Shown here: one piece after another, positions 29,815 through 39,702 of the stretch
Layout of the letters: every line of letters starts with the position of its first letter
Position numbering within the stretch: position 1 is the first letter of the stretch
Assembly (NCBI GenBank): GCA_964452895.1
Contig: CAYVRY010000001.1
Coordinates: 525 to 64,524 of the forward strand
Source: an uncultured Halobacteriales archaeon
GTDB lineage: Archaea; Thermoplasmatota; E2; JACPAO01; JAHWKR01
DNA: 64,000 nucleotides
Reading direction: 5' to 3'
The notes under the pieces: model-generated
What the model saw: the letters and a program-made list of their open reading frames with translations, nothing else
The model's database searches: none
Told to the model about the DNA's origin: nothing
Program-made: the position numbers and the translations under genes

Positions 29815-30786
29815 CTATACTTTGTTGAGGATGCGGATCTCGACGGTCACGGGACGCCCGATGGTCTCGGGTTCCATACTCTCGTGGTACATCAAGGAGA
29901 CCCGCTCCTCGGTGACCTGTTCGACGTGATAGCTGCCGGGCTGGAACCCCGCCTGGAGCAGCGGGTCCTCGCCGCCAATGGTGAAGATCGCCCCTTCCTC
30001 GAAATCCACCCGGTAATGAAGCTGGGTCTCGTCTTCGCTCAAGACCACGGTGACCCCGCCCGGGATCCCTTCCACGTCGAAGAACTCGCCGTCCTGCACG
30101 GTATGCCGGAACAAGACGCTGCGGTTGCCGCGGTTGACGTCCTCGAACACGATGTCCCAGCTCGGTGGGAACACCTGGTCCGCGTTGAACACGGTGCCGT
30201 TCTCCACGGGCCCGATCGCCTGCTCCAGTTCGTCAAGACTGAACTGCTGGTTGCCTTCCCGGCCTTCTTGTTCGGCCGCGGCGGGTTCCTGCAGGAAGAT
30301 CGTCCGCTGGAAAGGTTCCGGCCCGAGCATGCGCTGCAGGCCGTCCGGCGGGAAGGGTTCCCAGTCCTCGGTGCCTGCGGTGGTCACCCGGACCATCCGG
30401 CCGACGGTTGAATTGAGCACGGCCTGTTCCACCTCCGCACCCCAACCCAGTCCAGGGTTGGCCGGGTCCAGCGTGGCCCGTTGCGGCCCGTAGTCCGCTT
30501 CTTCCCCGGCCGCGAAACCCTCCTTCTGCTGGGCCCGCTGGGCCACATTGTAGATCGTGGTGTCGAGCAGGGTCCCTTCCTCGCTGGTCACTGTATAGTG
30601 GTACTCGATCCGGTCGCCGTCTTCCAGCTGCAGTCCGTCCAGCTGCTTCTGGCTGTCCACGATCGTCAAGCCGACATTCACGAGCATGAAACCCAGGAAC
30701 AAAACCCCCACCACGGTGAGTAGGGTGACGCGGGGACCGCTGGGCCGGGTGCGGCGGGATTCCGGGAGATTATAAAGGTCAGGCAT
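29815..30786 (-). CDS. membrane-anchored FKBP-like peptidyl-prolyl isomerase domain protein (tentative)
   Basis: N-terminal TM anchor; DGDRIEYHYTVTSEEGTLLDTT resembles the start of the FKBP fold. The rest is divergent. A TTTAAAAAAA box lies about 36 nt upstream. Confidence 0.4.
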   Translation of the reverse strand: MPDLYNLPESRRTRPSGPRVTLLTVVGVLFLGFMLVNVGLTIVDSQKQLDGLQLEDGDRIEYHYTVTSEEGTLLDTTIYNVAQRAQQKEGFAAGEEADYGPQRATLDPANPGLGWGAEVEQAVLNSTVGRMVRVTTAGTEDWEPFPPDGLQRMLGPEPFQRTIFLQEPAAAEQEGREGNQQFSLDELEQAIGPVENGTVFNADQVFPPSWDIVFEDVNRGNRSVLFRHTVQDGEFFDVEGIPGGVTVVLSEDETQLHYRVDFEEGAIFTIGGEDPLLQAGFQPGSYHVEQVTEERVSLMYHESMEPETIGRPVTVEIRILNKV

Positions 30787-30895
30787 GCCGGATGGCCCGC
30801 GAGCCCCTTGCCTTTTTTTAAACTACCGCCGTAGGCGAGCCCCGCCCGCCTATGGAGCGTCATTCGTCACCCGGTTTGAACAACGGAAGGGCCGC

Positions 30896-32308
30896 TCAGA
30901 CGGTCCCGCTTTTCTCCATGAACCGCCCCAGTCGTTTCATCGCCTCGGCGAGCACCTCTTCCTGCGGCAGGAAGACCACGCGGAAGTGGTCCTTGCCGTA
31001 TTGTTTCCCGAATCCGGACCCGTGAACGCTCAAGACGTGCTCTTTCTCCAGGAAGTCCAGGACGAATTCCTTGTCGTTTTTCCATGGGGTCTTCTCGCCG
31101 TCGGCCAGCGGGTCGATCCGGGGGAACGCGTAGAACGCGCCTTCGGGGCGGGCGCACGAGACGCCGGGGGTCTCGTTGAGGCCTTTGACGATCACGTCCC
31201 GCCGCGTGCGCAGTTTCTCCATGGTGGCCTGCACGTGGTCTTGCGGCCCGGTGAGTGCGGCGAGCGCGGCGCGCTGCGCGATCGTGGACGGGCAGAGACG
31301 GTTGCGGGCGGTGCGCATGAAGCCGTCGAGGATCTGCTCGAGGCGTCCTTGCGGGTCGTGGAAGACCGCGTAGCCCATGCGCCAGCCGGTGACCAGGTGG
31401 ACCTTGGAGAAGCCGTTGAGCGCGACCACGCTCTGGTCTTTGGCGACCTTCGCGGTGGGCACGTGCTCTCCGTCGAGGGTCATCTCGTCGTAGATCTCGT
31501 CGGAGATCAAGAACAGTTGGTCTTCATGCTCCGCGGCCAGGTCCGCGATCTGTTTCAGCCGCCGTTCGCTGTAGAGGGCGCCGGTGGGGTTGTTCGGGTT
31601 GATCAGACAGATCGCGCGGGTCTTGGGGGTGATCTGTTTGCGCAGGGCGTCCACGTCGGGTTGCCAGCCGTCCTGCTCGTTCGTGGCGTAGCCTATGGGT
31701 CGTCCGTCGAAGTAGTGCGCGAGGCCTTCGTAGGGCGAGTAGGCGGGGTCGGGGATCAGGATCTCGTCGCCCGGCGAAAGGGTCGCGCCGAAGAGCATCT
31801 GCAAGACCTCGGTGACGCCGGTGCCGATGTGGACCTGTTCGGCGCTGGTGGTTTTTCCCGTGCGACGCCCTTCGCGCTCGGCGATGGCGTGTCGCAGCTC
31901 CGGGTCCCCTTCGCTGGGTCCATAGCCGTTGAAGCCGGCCTGGGCGCCTTCGGCGAGCGCTTGCACCATGTGCTCAGGGACCGGGAAGTCGAAGGGTCCC
32001 GGGTCTCCGATGTTCAGTTTGAGCACCTTGTGGCCTTGCTTCTCGATCTCTCGTGCTGGTATGACCACGTCGCGGATCGCGTATTCCAGTTCGGCGGCAC
32101 GTCGGGCCGCGGGGTAGGGTCTGACGATTTGTTTCTCTTGCACGGGGTGTGGCCTCCAGGGGTGCCCGGTCGGTGGATTCCCGGGACATCCACGGGCTAC
32201 GAAAGGGTATCGCAGGGGCCTTGACGGGCGGGGGACCAGCGCATGGGCGCGTTGGAACCGGGCAGACCGGCGTTTCGGTGGCGTCGTCGTGGCGGGGACT
32301 GTGCTCAC
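30896..32308 (-). CDS. class I/II pyridoxal-phosphate aminotransferase (alanine/aspartate aminotransferase-like)
   Basis: PLP-lysine motif NGFSKVHLVTGWRMGY; N-terminal region ELEYAIRDVV...LNIGDP. The GTG start overlaps the upstream gene's stop (GTGA), and the N-terminal 60 aa may not be real. Confidence 0.85.
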   Translation of the reverse strand: MSTVPATTTPPKRRSARFQRAHALVPRPSRPLRYPFVARGCPGNPPTGHPWRPHPVQEKQIVRPYPAARRAAELEYAIRDVVIPAREIEKQGHKVLKLNIGDPGPFDFPVPEHMVQALAEGAQAGFNGYGPSEGDPELRHAIAEREGRRTGKTTSAEQVHIGTGVTEVLQMLFGATLSPGDEILIPDPAYSPYEGLAHYFDGRPIGYATNEQDGWQPDVDALRKQITPKTRAICLINPNNPTGALYSERRLKQIADLAAEHEDQLFLISDEIYDEMTLDGEHVPTAKVAKDQSVVALNGFSKVHLVTGWRMGYAVFHDPQGRLEQILDGFMRTARNRLCPSTIAQRAALAALTGPQDHVQATMEKLRTRRDVIVKGLNETPGVSCARPEGAFYAFPRIDPLADGEKTPWKNDKEFVLDFLEKEHVLSVHGSGFGKQYGKDHFRVVFLPQEEVLAEAMKRLGRFMEKSGTV

Positions 32309-33066
32309 GACTCGGTCCGGTCGCGGGCCAGGTAGGCGATCACGGTGGCGATCACGGCGAGCAGTGCACCGACCCAGACCACGGCGGGGAGGAAGCGGCT
32401 GGTCTCGCTCGGTGCCCGCTCGGTCAGTTGCATGCTGATCGCGGTGATCAGGATGAGCAGCGTCCCGGCTGCGAAGGCGCCGGCCACGGCGATGTGCTCC
32501 CAGCGCAGCAGGCGACGGCGTACGACGGTGAGTTCATTGCGGGGGACGCCTCGTTCGGCGAGCAGGGCGATGTGATGGTGGGCGGATTGTTGGGCCATGA
32601 GCAGCACGCCGCACAAGACCAGTGCGAGACCGGCGATGCTGCGCACGAGCGGCACGGGTCCCGATTCCACGCGGAAGGCGACGCCGCCTGCGAAGGCGAC
32701 CCAGTTGAGTCGGGCCACTTCCAGCACGCCGGTGGTCGCCAGCACGGTGGCGAGGCCGACCCATAGGATGAGCGGCGCCCGGTACCGGGTGAGCGCGAGG
32801 GGGATCCCCAGGACGAGGGGCAGGGTCAAGGGGATCAGGTAGCGGGTGGGAAGGGGGAACCCCCAGGGGGTCTCCAACTCGGGGATCGCGTCCAAGAGCG
32901 GTTCCATGATCGGGGAGCGCCAGCTGACCAGCAGGAGCGCGATGCCTGCGACGATGAGCACGCGGAGTTGGTGCAGTGTGTGTTGGGCTCGCCAGGCGGG
33001 TGGCAGTTGGGCAGCGGGGATCGTCTCTTTGGGGTCCGCTTGTGTGTTTTTTGCGTAGGGGTTCAT
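32305..33066 (-). CDS. hypothetical polytopic membrane protein (first gene of DUF58 operon)
   Basis: 6 predicted TM helices; its stop overlaps the aminotransferase start. Part of a run of four overlapping genes on the minus strand. Confidence 0.5.
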   Translation of the reverse strand: MNPYAKNTQADPKETIPAAQLPPAWRAQHTLHQLRVLIVAGIALLLVSWRSPIMEPLLDAIPELETPWGFPLPTRYLIPLTLPLVLGIPLALTRYRAPLILWVGLATVLATTGVLEVARLNWVAFAGGVAFRVESGPVPLVRSIAGLALVLCGVLLMAQQSAHHHIALLAERGVPRNELTVVRRRLLRWEHIAVAGAFAAGTLLILITAISMQLTERAPSETSRFLPAVVWVGALLAVIATVIAYLARDRTES

Positions 33067-34364
33067 TTCGCGACCACCTCCCGTACGATCAATCGTTCCA
33101 GGGGCGTCCGTGCGGGGTCCCAGTCGATCACGCGCACGCCGCGCCGGCGGATGTCCTGGTATGCGGCGCGGGCGGCGGTCTGCAAGACGGCGGCGGTGAT
33201 GGGGTGATGGCCGCTTGCCAGGGTGTGTGCGACGGGTGTGGGGGCGATGAGCAGGATCGGTACGCTGCGCGCGCCGTGCCCGGTGATGGAGCGGATCTGG
33301 GACAAACCGCGGCGCGTGGCGGCGGGGTCGTGTTCGGGTCGGGTGACGAGCAGGACGAGGGGGCGTTCGCGAAGCAGGAACCCGCGCGAGGCGAGAACGG
33401 CGCGGTCCAGCGGGTCGCCGCCCGGATGGGCGGTGAGCGTGGCGAGCGCGCGGGTGAGCCGGCCCAGTTGGCGCGTGCCGACGTCCGGGTAGTAGATGCG
33501 GGTCTCTTTCTGGTGGTAGATCGTGGCGCCGACGCGGTAGCCCCGGTCGAGGAAATGGGAGAGCACGCCGAGGGATCCTTCCAGGGCGTGGTCGAGGGCG
33601 TTCTCGCGTGTGGAGCCCACCTCCATGTGGGCTCCGCCGTCAAGAAAGAGCCATACGCTCTGGCGGCCTTCCGGGACGAATTCGTTGACCATCAGCCGCA
33701 TGTGGTCGTGGCTTTGACGGGCGGTGGCTTTCCAGTTCACGCTGCGCAGGGGGTCGCCGATGTGGTACGGGCGGACTTCTTCGAAGTCGTTCCCGCGCGC
33801 ACCGAGCATGGCGCTGTCGCCGGCGGGTTTCAGGGTGATACCGTGCCCGCGCATGTGGCGCAGGCGCGGGACGCGGCGCACGCGCGGTTCCACGGCGACC
33901 TGGACGTCTTCGCTGAGTTTGCGGGTTTCGCCGGTCTTGAGACGAAGCGGGGAGAGCGCGTGCATTTGGACTCCGCCGAGCGTGGCCGGGCCGCGCGTGT
34001 CCGCGCGCAGGTCGAACCGCAGCCGGGCCCGCAGCGGGCGTGGTCCTTTCCAAAGCAGGTGCAGGTTGGACCCCTTGGCCAGTTGCAGGCGCTCCGGCAG
34101 CGGGATGTGCACCAAGATGGGCCCGACGCCGGAGCGTACATCCAGTTCCACTTGGACGCGCACCGTGTCGCCGATGCGCAGGTGGTTCCGGTCGACGTGC
34201 AAGCGGCCGGTGGCCCCATGGGGAGGCTTGGTGGTGAGCGCGTAGGCGAGCACCCCGCCGACGCTCAGGCCCCACACGATGAGCGGTGCGAGGCCGAGGC
34301 CGAGGCCGAACGCGACGAGCAGGGTCGCAAGAAGCAGGATCACCATGGCACGATGGGCGATCAC
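33063..34364 (-). CDS. DUF58 (vWA-like) domain protein with N-terminal TM helix
   Basis: DUF58 core SVNWKATARQSHDHMRLMVNEFVPEGRQSVWLFLDGGAHMEVG... Confidence 0.75.
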   Translation of the reverse strand: MIAHRAMVILLLATLLVAFGLGLGLAPLIVWGLSVGGVLAYALTTKPPHGATGRLHVDRNHLRIGDTVRVQVELDVRSGVGPILVHIPLPERLQLAKGSNLHLLWKGPRPLRARLRFDLRADTRGPATLGGVQMHALSPLRLKTGETRKLSEDVQVAVEPRVRRVPRLRHMRGHGITLKPAGDSAMLGARGNDFEEVRPYHIGDPLRSVNWKATARQSHDHMRLMVNEFVPEGRQSVWLFLDGGAHMEVGSTRENALDHALEGSLGVLSHFLDRGYRVGATIYHQKETRIYYPDVGTRQLGRLTRALATLTAHPGGDPLDRAVLASRGFLLRERPLVLLVTRPEHDPAATRRGLSQIRSITGHGARSVPILLIAPTPVAHTLASGHHPITAAVLQTAARAAYQDIRRRGVRVIDWDPARTPLERLIVREVVAK

Positions 34365-35587
34365 GTCCGGACCTCCGCGTTGAGTAGTCCGTCGCGCAGC
34401 AGCTTGACGAGGCCTTGTTCGCGCGCGCGACGGGCCCAGGGCCAGCGGGGCAATCTGCGCAGGTGGTCTTCGATCCGTTTCGTGCTGGCCTCCTCATCGG
34501 CTTCCTGCAGGAGGAGTGCGATCTGTTCGGCGAGGTCCTTGCGGGCAGCGCCCAGGCTCAGGAACCGTTCGATGGCGTCGTCCAGGCGATGCAGGCGTTC
34601 ATCGGGGATCGTGGCGATGCGGCTTTCGTGCCGGCGCATGGCGACTGGACCGGGGAGGGCGCGGGGATGCGCGGTGCCGCCGCGCGCCATGAGCGCGCGG
34701 GAGACCAGGGGGAGGGACGCCACGAGCGCGGCCCAGGCGATGGGCGCGGTGAGCGGGAGCCCGGGCGCGACCACGAGCAGGATGACGAGCAGGCCTCCCA
34801 GTGTGACGATCAGGGTGAGCATCCCACCGGGCGGTTGCACGGTGCCGGCGGGCAGGTCCAGGGGCGCCGTGTGTCCGGGGGCCGCGGCCGCGGTCGTCTC
34901 GGTATGTTCTGCCTGCTGCCGGGCTTGTCGGACGGACCAGGGTGGGGCCAGCAGGTGGACGGCCGAAAGCGGCAGGGCCGCCGCGGCGAGCAGGATCGGG
35001 CCGGGGTCGTTCCAGACGAGGATGACGATGAGCAGGCTGGCGCTGGCCGCAATCCATGCACCGGCGGCGACGATCCGTCGTGCGGGGGCGCCCAATGCGG
35101 CCGCGTGGCGCGCGACGACGAGCGTCGCAAGCGGTGCAGCGAGCAACAGCGGGAAGATGGCGAGTGCGGCGAGCCGGGGCGCATCGAGAAGCGGGACCAG
35201 GAGCCACCAGAAGAGACCCGCGTGGGCGAGTGCCTTGGCGCCCCGTGCGACGAGTTCGGATTCCCAGGTGAGCGGGTTCCATGTGCGCGCGAGCACGCCG
35301 AAGAGGATCAAGGACCCGTAGATCAAGAGGCCGATCCGGCTGGACGCGGCGCCGAAGTGGTCTTGCCAGAACGGCGTGGCATCAAGTAGCGGCGCGAAGA
35401 TGAATGCGGCGGTGAAGAGGGCAGCGAGCACAGCCAGCGAGACGACGGCGCCTTGGCGGGCGTCGTTGCGGTCGCGCGGGTCGTGCGCGCTCTGGCGCGT
35501 TCGGGGTCGCGGGCCCTTTTGTGCGTCCCCGGGGTACCGGCCGGCCGGGTCGAAGCCGTTTTTCATCACGCCTTCATCCCGCGTCAT
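34361..35587 (-). CDS. polytopic membrane protein with C-terminal helical DUF4129-like region (tentative)
   Basis: About 8 TM helices followed by a charged helical tail (RLDDAIERFLSLGAARKDLAEQIALLLQEADEEA...). Starts and stops overlap the neighbouring genes. Confidence 0.45.
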   Translation of the reverse strand: MTRDEGVMKNGFDPAGRYPGDAQKGPRPRTRQSAHDPRDRNDARQGAVVSLAVLAALFTAAFIFAPLLDATPFWQDHFGAASSRIGLLIYGSLILFGVLARTWNPLTWESELVARGAKALAHAGLFWWLLVPLLDAPRLAALAIFPLLLAAPLATLVVARHAAALGAPARRIVAAGAWIAASASLLIVILVWNDPGPILLAAAALPLSAVHLLAPPWSVRQARQQAEHTETTAAAAPGHTAPLDLPAGTVQPPGGMLTLIVTLGGLLVILLVVAPGLPLTAPIAWAALVASLPLVSRALMARGGTAHPRALPGPVAMRRHESRIATIPDERLHRLDDAIERFLSLGAARKDLAEQIALLLQEADEEASTKRIEDHLRRLPRWPWARRAREQGLVKLLRDGLLNAEVRT

Positions 35588-36602
35588 GGCTTGTGGGGCG
35601 ACCGAGTAGCTGGAGTTCCATTTGTTGGGAGGTGGGGCTGGCGGACGGGTTGTATTCCACGTGCAGGGTCAGGTTGCCGGGGGGGATCGGTGCGGGGTCC
35701 TGGTGGTCGATCAGGCTGAGCGGGGCGCTGGAGGTACCGCTTGATTGGGCAGGTTCGCAGTCGCTCTCGGCTTCCGGGTCCTCTTTGGGCACCCAGCAGA
35801 TCAATTGGCCTTCTTCCTCGTGGTAGAGTGTCGCCTGCCATCCCGGGTTGAGCAGGCCTCCTCGCTCGATCTCAAGGCTCAGGTTCTGGTAGTGGGCTTT
35901 CAGTTCGATGTACACGGTCTTCTCGTCGTTGTTCGTCCCTTCGAAGCGCAAGGTGCGCAGGCGATGGGTGATCGTGGCGATGCAGTCTCCGTCGTAGGTC
36001 TCCACGAACCCCGGGGCGCAGGTCGGGGTGGGCACCGGCTCGATGGGGGGGCAGTGGTCCCCGCGCGTTGGGTTGTCTTCGTGGCATTCCGGGTCGATGA
36101 CGCATTCGCCTTCGCCGTCGTCGAAGATCTGCCCGGTGGGACACTCCTCGATGGGTGCGCAGTCCGTCGCGGTCCCGTTGGCTGCAGGCTCGTTATCGCC
36201 GTCCGGGCAGGGGAGGGGTCCATCCGGACAATCGGGGTCCAGGGGGGTCGCTTCGCAGTCCGGTGCCACTTCGTCGCAGACGCTTTCGTCCCGGAACTGC
36301 TCCTGGGTCTCTTCGCACCCGTCCGGCCAGACCAGGATCACGCGACCGTCGGCGTCGACGCGGTAACCGACGTCGTCCGGGATGTTCAGGTCCGAGTCCG
36401 GGCGGATGATGAGCCAATCCACGATCATGGGGGGAAGGAATGCCTCGACGCGTTCGAGCAGCGGAAAATCGTTGAGGGTCTGGGGCTCGTCGAGCGCTTC
36501 GAACTCGAGCAGGCTCGCGTCCCGTACGGTGGCGAGCACCGGGCCGGCGCTGGCGGCCACGAGGAGGGCGGCCACGGCGTAGACGGTGAGCGCGTGCCCC
36601 AT
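35574..36602 (-). CDS. secreted Cys-rich protein (last gene of DUF58 operon)
   Basis: Start at Met60 of the track ORF with signal peptide MGHALTVYAVAALLVAASA. A central region carries about 18 Cys in CP/CE/CD spacing. TATAATAC lies about 28 nt upstream. Confidence 0.5.
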   Translation of the reverse strand: MGHALTVYAVAALLVAASAGPVLATVRDASLLEFEALDEPQTLNDFPLLERVEAFLPPMIVDWLIIRPDSDLNIPDDVGYRVDADGRVILVWPDGCEETQEQFRDESVCDEVAPDCEATPLDPDCPDGPLPCPDGDNEPAANGTATDCAPIEECPTGQIFDDGEGECVIDPECHEDNPTRGDHCPPIEPVPTPTCAPGFVETYDGDCIATITHRLRTLRFEGTNNDEKTVYIELKAHYQNLSLEIERGGLLNPGWQATLYHEEEGQLICWVPKEDPEAESDCEPAQSSGTSSAPLSLIDHQDPAPIPPGNLTLHVEYNPSASPTSQQMELQLLGRPTSHDAG

Positions 36603-36784
36603 CAATCCGGTCCAGCCGCGATGGAGCCTATAATACTTGTTGGGGATGTCGTCGAAATGCCGCCCCCGGCCGTGTGGAAACCGTACAGTGTGCGCTTTCA
36701 GGCCCTGGGGACCGACGGGGCCTGCCTTGCGGGTGCCGGCCGGTGCGGGCGCCCCCATGCGCGAGCGCAGTCCGGGCACAAGGG

Positions 36785-36792
36785 CTTATAGG
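36785..36792 (+). promoter_or_regulatory. TATA-like box (CTTATAGG) for purA
   Basis: About 32 nt upstream of the purA ATG at 36820, consistent with a leaderless transcript. Confidence 0.35.
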
Positions 36793-36819
36793 GAGGCGGT
36801 CCTGGCGCAGCGCGAATCC

Positions 36820-38103
36820 ATGTCGATTGAATTGGTCTTGGGGACCCAGTGGGGCGATGAGGGGAAAGGGAAGGTGGTGGATATCCTGGCCGAGCGCGCC
36901 GGGATGATCGTGCGTTTCCAGGGCGGGAACAACGCCGGTCATACGATTGTTGTGGGGGAAGAGACGTTCAAGTTGCACCATCTGCCCAGTGGCGTGGTGC
37001 GCGGGAAGACGGCGGTGATCGGCAACGGCTGCGTCGTGGATCCGTCCGTCTTGTTCGACGAGCTGGACAAGCTGGAAGCGCGCGGCATCACACCGGACCT
37101 GGTGGTCTCGGACCGCGCGCACGTGATCACTCCGCTTCACCGTCTGCTCGACGGTGCGGAGGAGGAGTCGCGCGGTGCCGGGAAGGTGGGCACGACGAAG
37201 CGCGGGATCGGCCCCACGTACGCCGACAAGATGACGCGCAGCGGGATCCGGGTGGGGGACCTGCTTCGTCCCGAGCGGCTGCAAAAGCGGGTCGCTTCCT
37301 TGGTGCAGCAGCGCAACCGCTACCTGGAGGCTTTGGGCTCCGGGGAGCGCGTGGACGCAGCACACATGACCGAGGAGCTTCTGGAGACGGGGAAACGGTT
37401 GCGGCCGTACATCCGGGACACCGTGGTGTACCTCCAGGATGCGGCGAAGTCCGGGGAGAACATCCTGTTGGAGGGTGCCCAGGGTTGTATGTTGGACATC
37501 GATTTCGGCACGTGGCCCTTTGTCACGTCGTCGAACACGACGGCGGGCGCGGTGGCCACGGGCACGGGCTTGCACCCCCGCTCGGTGGACCGGGTCGTGG
37601 GTCTGATGAAGGCGTACACGACGCGCGTGGGCAGCGGCCCGTTCCCCACACAGATCGACACGGCCAAGCCACCGGGCAAGCATCTGCTGGACGTGGGGGA
37701 CGAATACGGCACGACGACGGGCCGACCGAGGCGTTGTGGTTGGCTGGACCTCGTGGTGGTGGGTCACGCGGTGCGCCTTTCGGGCGTGGACACCATGGCG
37801 GTCTCGAAGCTGGACGTCCTTTCCGACCTGGAGCAGGTCTCCTTCGCCGCGCGGTACAACATCAACGGCACGGAGACGGACCGGTTCCCCAGCGACCCGG
37901 ACGATCTGGAGATCGCCGAACCGGTCTACCAGACCATGCCGGGCTGGCGCAAGTCACCCAAGAACGCGGTGATCGAGTCGCTGGAGGATCTGCCCGCCGA
38001 GGCGCAGGATTACCTGGATGCGGTGCACAAGGCCTTGGGCGTCCCGCTCCATTCGGTAGGTTTCGGGCCGCGTCGCGACCAACTGGTCCTGCTCGCTGAA
38101 TGA
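36820..38103 (+). CDS. purA: adenylosuccinate synthetase
   Basis: N-terminus MSIELVLGTQWGDEGKGKVVDIL (P-loop), then GPTYADK and GTTTGRPRRCGWLD. The start is moved from the track's 36637 to the ATG at 36820. Confidence 0.92.
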   Translation: MSIELVLGTQWGDEGKGKVVDILAERAGMIVRFQGGNNAGHTIVVGEETFKLHHLPSGVVRGKTAVIGNGCVVDPSVLFDELDKLEARGITPDLVVSDRAHVITPLHRLLDGAEEESRGAGKVGTTKRGIGPTYADKMTRSGIRVGDLLRPERLQKRVASLVQQRNRYLEALGSGERVDAAHMTEELLETGKRLRPYIRDTVVYLQDAAKSGENILLEGAQGCMLDIDFGTWPFVTSSNTTAGAVATGTGLHPRSVDRVVGLMKAYTTRVGSGPFPTQIDTAKPPGKHLLDVGDEYGTTTGRPRRCGWLDLVVVGHAVRLSGVDTMAVSKLDVLSDLEQVSFAARYNINGTETDRFPSDPDDLEIAEPVYQTMPGWRKSPKNAVIESLEDLPAEAQDYLDAVHKALGVPLHSVGFGPRRDQLVLLAE

Positions 38104-38211
38104 GGGGCCTGCCGATTCGGGGTGGCTCGCATGATCCGTCGACGATCGAAGAAAAAAAGCACGGCAAAAAGGGAACAGGGCCTATATACCCTCCTCGCCG
38201 CCGGGCCAAAG

Positions 38212-38220
38212 GATATATAA
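38212..38220 (+). promoter_or_regulatory. BRE/TATA box (AAAGGATATATAA)
   Basis: 25-33 nt upstream of the FKBP ATG at 38245. The same AAGGATATA-type motif recurs at 41241-41253. Confidence 0.5.
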
Positions 38221-38244
38221 CACCGCCCGGCTGAGCCGAATCCT

Positions 38245-38670
38245 ATGTCCGTCAAAGAAGGTGACAAGGTCGCCATCCAGTACACGGGGCGCCTTGAGGA
38301 CGGCACCGTTTTCGACTCGAACGTGGGGGACAAACCCTTGGAGTTCACCGTCGGAAGCGGTGAAGTGATCGATGGGTTCGACAAGGCCGTGCGCGGCCTG
38401 GCCCCCGGCAAGCCCACGCAGTTCAAGCTTCCTCCAGAGGAAGCCTACGGGAGCCGGGATGAAGAACTCGTGATCCCCGTCAAGAAGGAGATCTTCGGTG
38501 AGCAACAGCCGGAAACCGGCATGGATGTCGCGCTCAAGGGCCAAGACGGTACCGTGTTCAACGGCCGCGTCGAGAAGGTCGAGGACGAGCAGGTCATGGT
38601 GGACCTGAACCATCCGCTCGCCGGTCAGGCCCTGGAGTTCGAAGTCGAAGTCGTCGACGTGAACAACTAA
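38245..38670 (+). CDS. FKBP-type peptidyl-prolyl cis-trans isomerase (short archaeal SlyD-like)
   Basis: GDKVAIQYTGRLEDGTVFDSN...EFTVGSGEVIDGFDKAV...LEFEVEVVDV. Confidence 0.85.
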   Translation: MSVKEGDKVAIQYTGRLEDGTVFDSNVGDKPLEFTVGSGEVIDGFDKAVRGLAPGKPTQFKLPPEEAYGSRDEELVIPVKKEIFGEQQPETGMDVALKGQDGTVFNGRVEKVEDEQVMVDLNHPLAGQALEFEVEVVDVNN

Positions 38671-38726
38671 AGGCGCTCCTTCGGCCGCTCCTTATTCCTT
38701 CTCATCCTGACGATCTTCCCAGGGAC

Positions 38727-39497
38727 TCAACGCCGGCTGTCCGTTTCCAGCATGTCGCCGAGTCCGTCCAGCGTGAATTCGACACGTGTTTTCCCCTTCC
38801 CTTTTGATTTGGTCCCGAGCATGCGCAGCCGACCGATCTCCTTGGTGTTCTCCACGTGGGTCCCTGCGCAGGGGCACAGGTCGGTCTTGTCGATCTCCAC
38901 GATCCGCAGGCGCGGGATGTGCGCCGGTACCAGGTCCAGGTTCGAACGTTCCGGGTCCACCCGGGCGAGCAGGTTCTCCCTGGCTTCCTCGTAGGCGGTG
39001 ACCCGTCGGCCCGCGTTGAAGACCTGGTTCGCGTCCTCTTCGAGTTGGGTGAGGTCCGTGGGGTCCAGGCGGTCGAGACCGAGGTCGATCCGGCTCTTGT
39101 CGTGATGGATCTGGTTGCCTACGGTGCGCGCGCGGCCGAAGAGCTCGTACGCCAGCGCCGTCACGATGTGCTGCGCGGTGTGCATGCGCATGTGGGCGAG
39201 GCGTCGGTCCCAGTCCACTTCCCCGGTGACCTGCTGGACGCCTTCTGGAAGCGGTGATTCCAGCCAGTGCAGCACCTCGTCGCCTTTTTTCTGCACGCGT
39301 TTGACGCGCACCTCCCCCGGCACGCCCTGGGGGTCCAGGAAGCGAAGCACCCCCGTGTCGTGTTCCTGTCCGCCGCCCGTGGGATAGAAGGCGGTGCGGT
39401 CCAAGACGATGTAATCCGTTTCCCGGCGCAGGGGGCGGGCGTCGAAGGTGCGCTGATAGCCGGCCGGGATGCCGGCCATATGGATCTGTTCGGTCAT
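38727..39497 (-). CDS. alanyl-tRNA editing protein AlaX-M
   Basis: Zinc-binding HxxxH (TAQHIVTALAYELFG) and the CxxxH-type motif CPCAGTHVENTKEIG. The ATG at 39497 is preferred over the listed 39527 from the TATA (CCTATAAATC at 39539-39548) spacing. Confidence 0.85.
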   Translation of the reverse strand: MTEQIHMAGIPAGYQRTFDARPLRRETDYIVLDRTAFYPTGGGQEHDTGVLRFLDPQGVPGEVRVKRVQKKGDEVLHWLESPLPEGVQQVTGEVDWDRRLAHMRMHTAQHIVTALAYELFGRARTVGNQIHHDKSRIDLGLDRLDPTDLTQLEEDANQVFNAGRRVTAYEEARENLLARVDPERSNLDLVPAHIPRLRIVEIDKTDLCPCAGTHVENTKEIGRLRMLGTKSKGKGKTRVEFTLDGLGDMLETDSRR

Positions 39498-39702
39498 GAC
39501 GGGTCCCGTTCTCGCGTGCCCCTGCAACGCGCAGGGGGCCTATAAATCTGGCCTCGTGACGGGCCCGGGGATCGGTCCACGAGCTCGTTGGGGGCTTGGG
39601 TGTTGAAGCGGCCGGCAAAAAACATGGACGCAAGAGGGGGAAAAGGGGGGGAGAGTGAGGATGAATGCGGCTGCGCGAGAGGTTTCGGTGGAGCCCGGCG
39701 GT

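Noticed and set aside
30785-32224. 479-aa plus-strand ORF antisense to the aminotransferase
   Set aside because: The sense strand has the PLP-lysine motif SKxxxxxGxRxG. The antisense frame is low-complexity.
32976-35321. 781-aa plus-strand ORF over the DUF58 operon
   Set aside because: Gly/Arg/Ala-rich without motifs. The minus strand carries a recognisable DUF58 domain, TM helices and a signal peptide.
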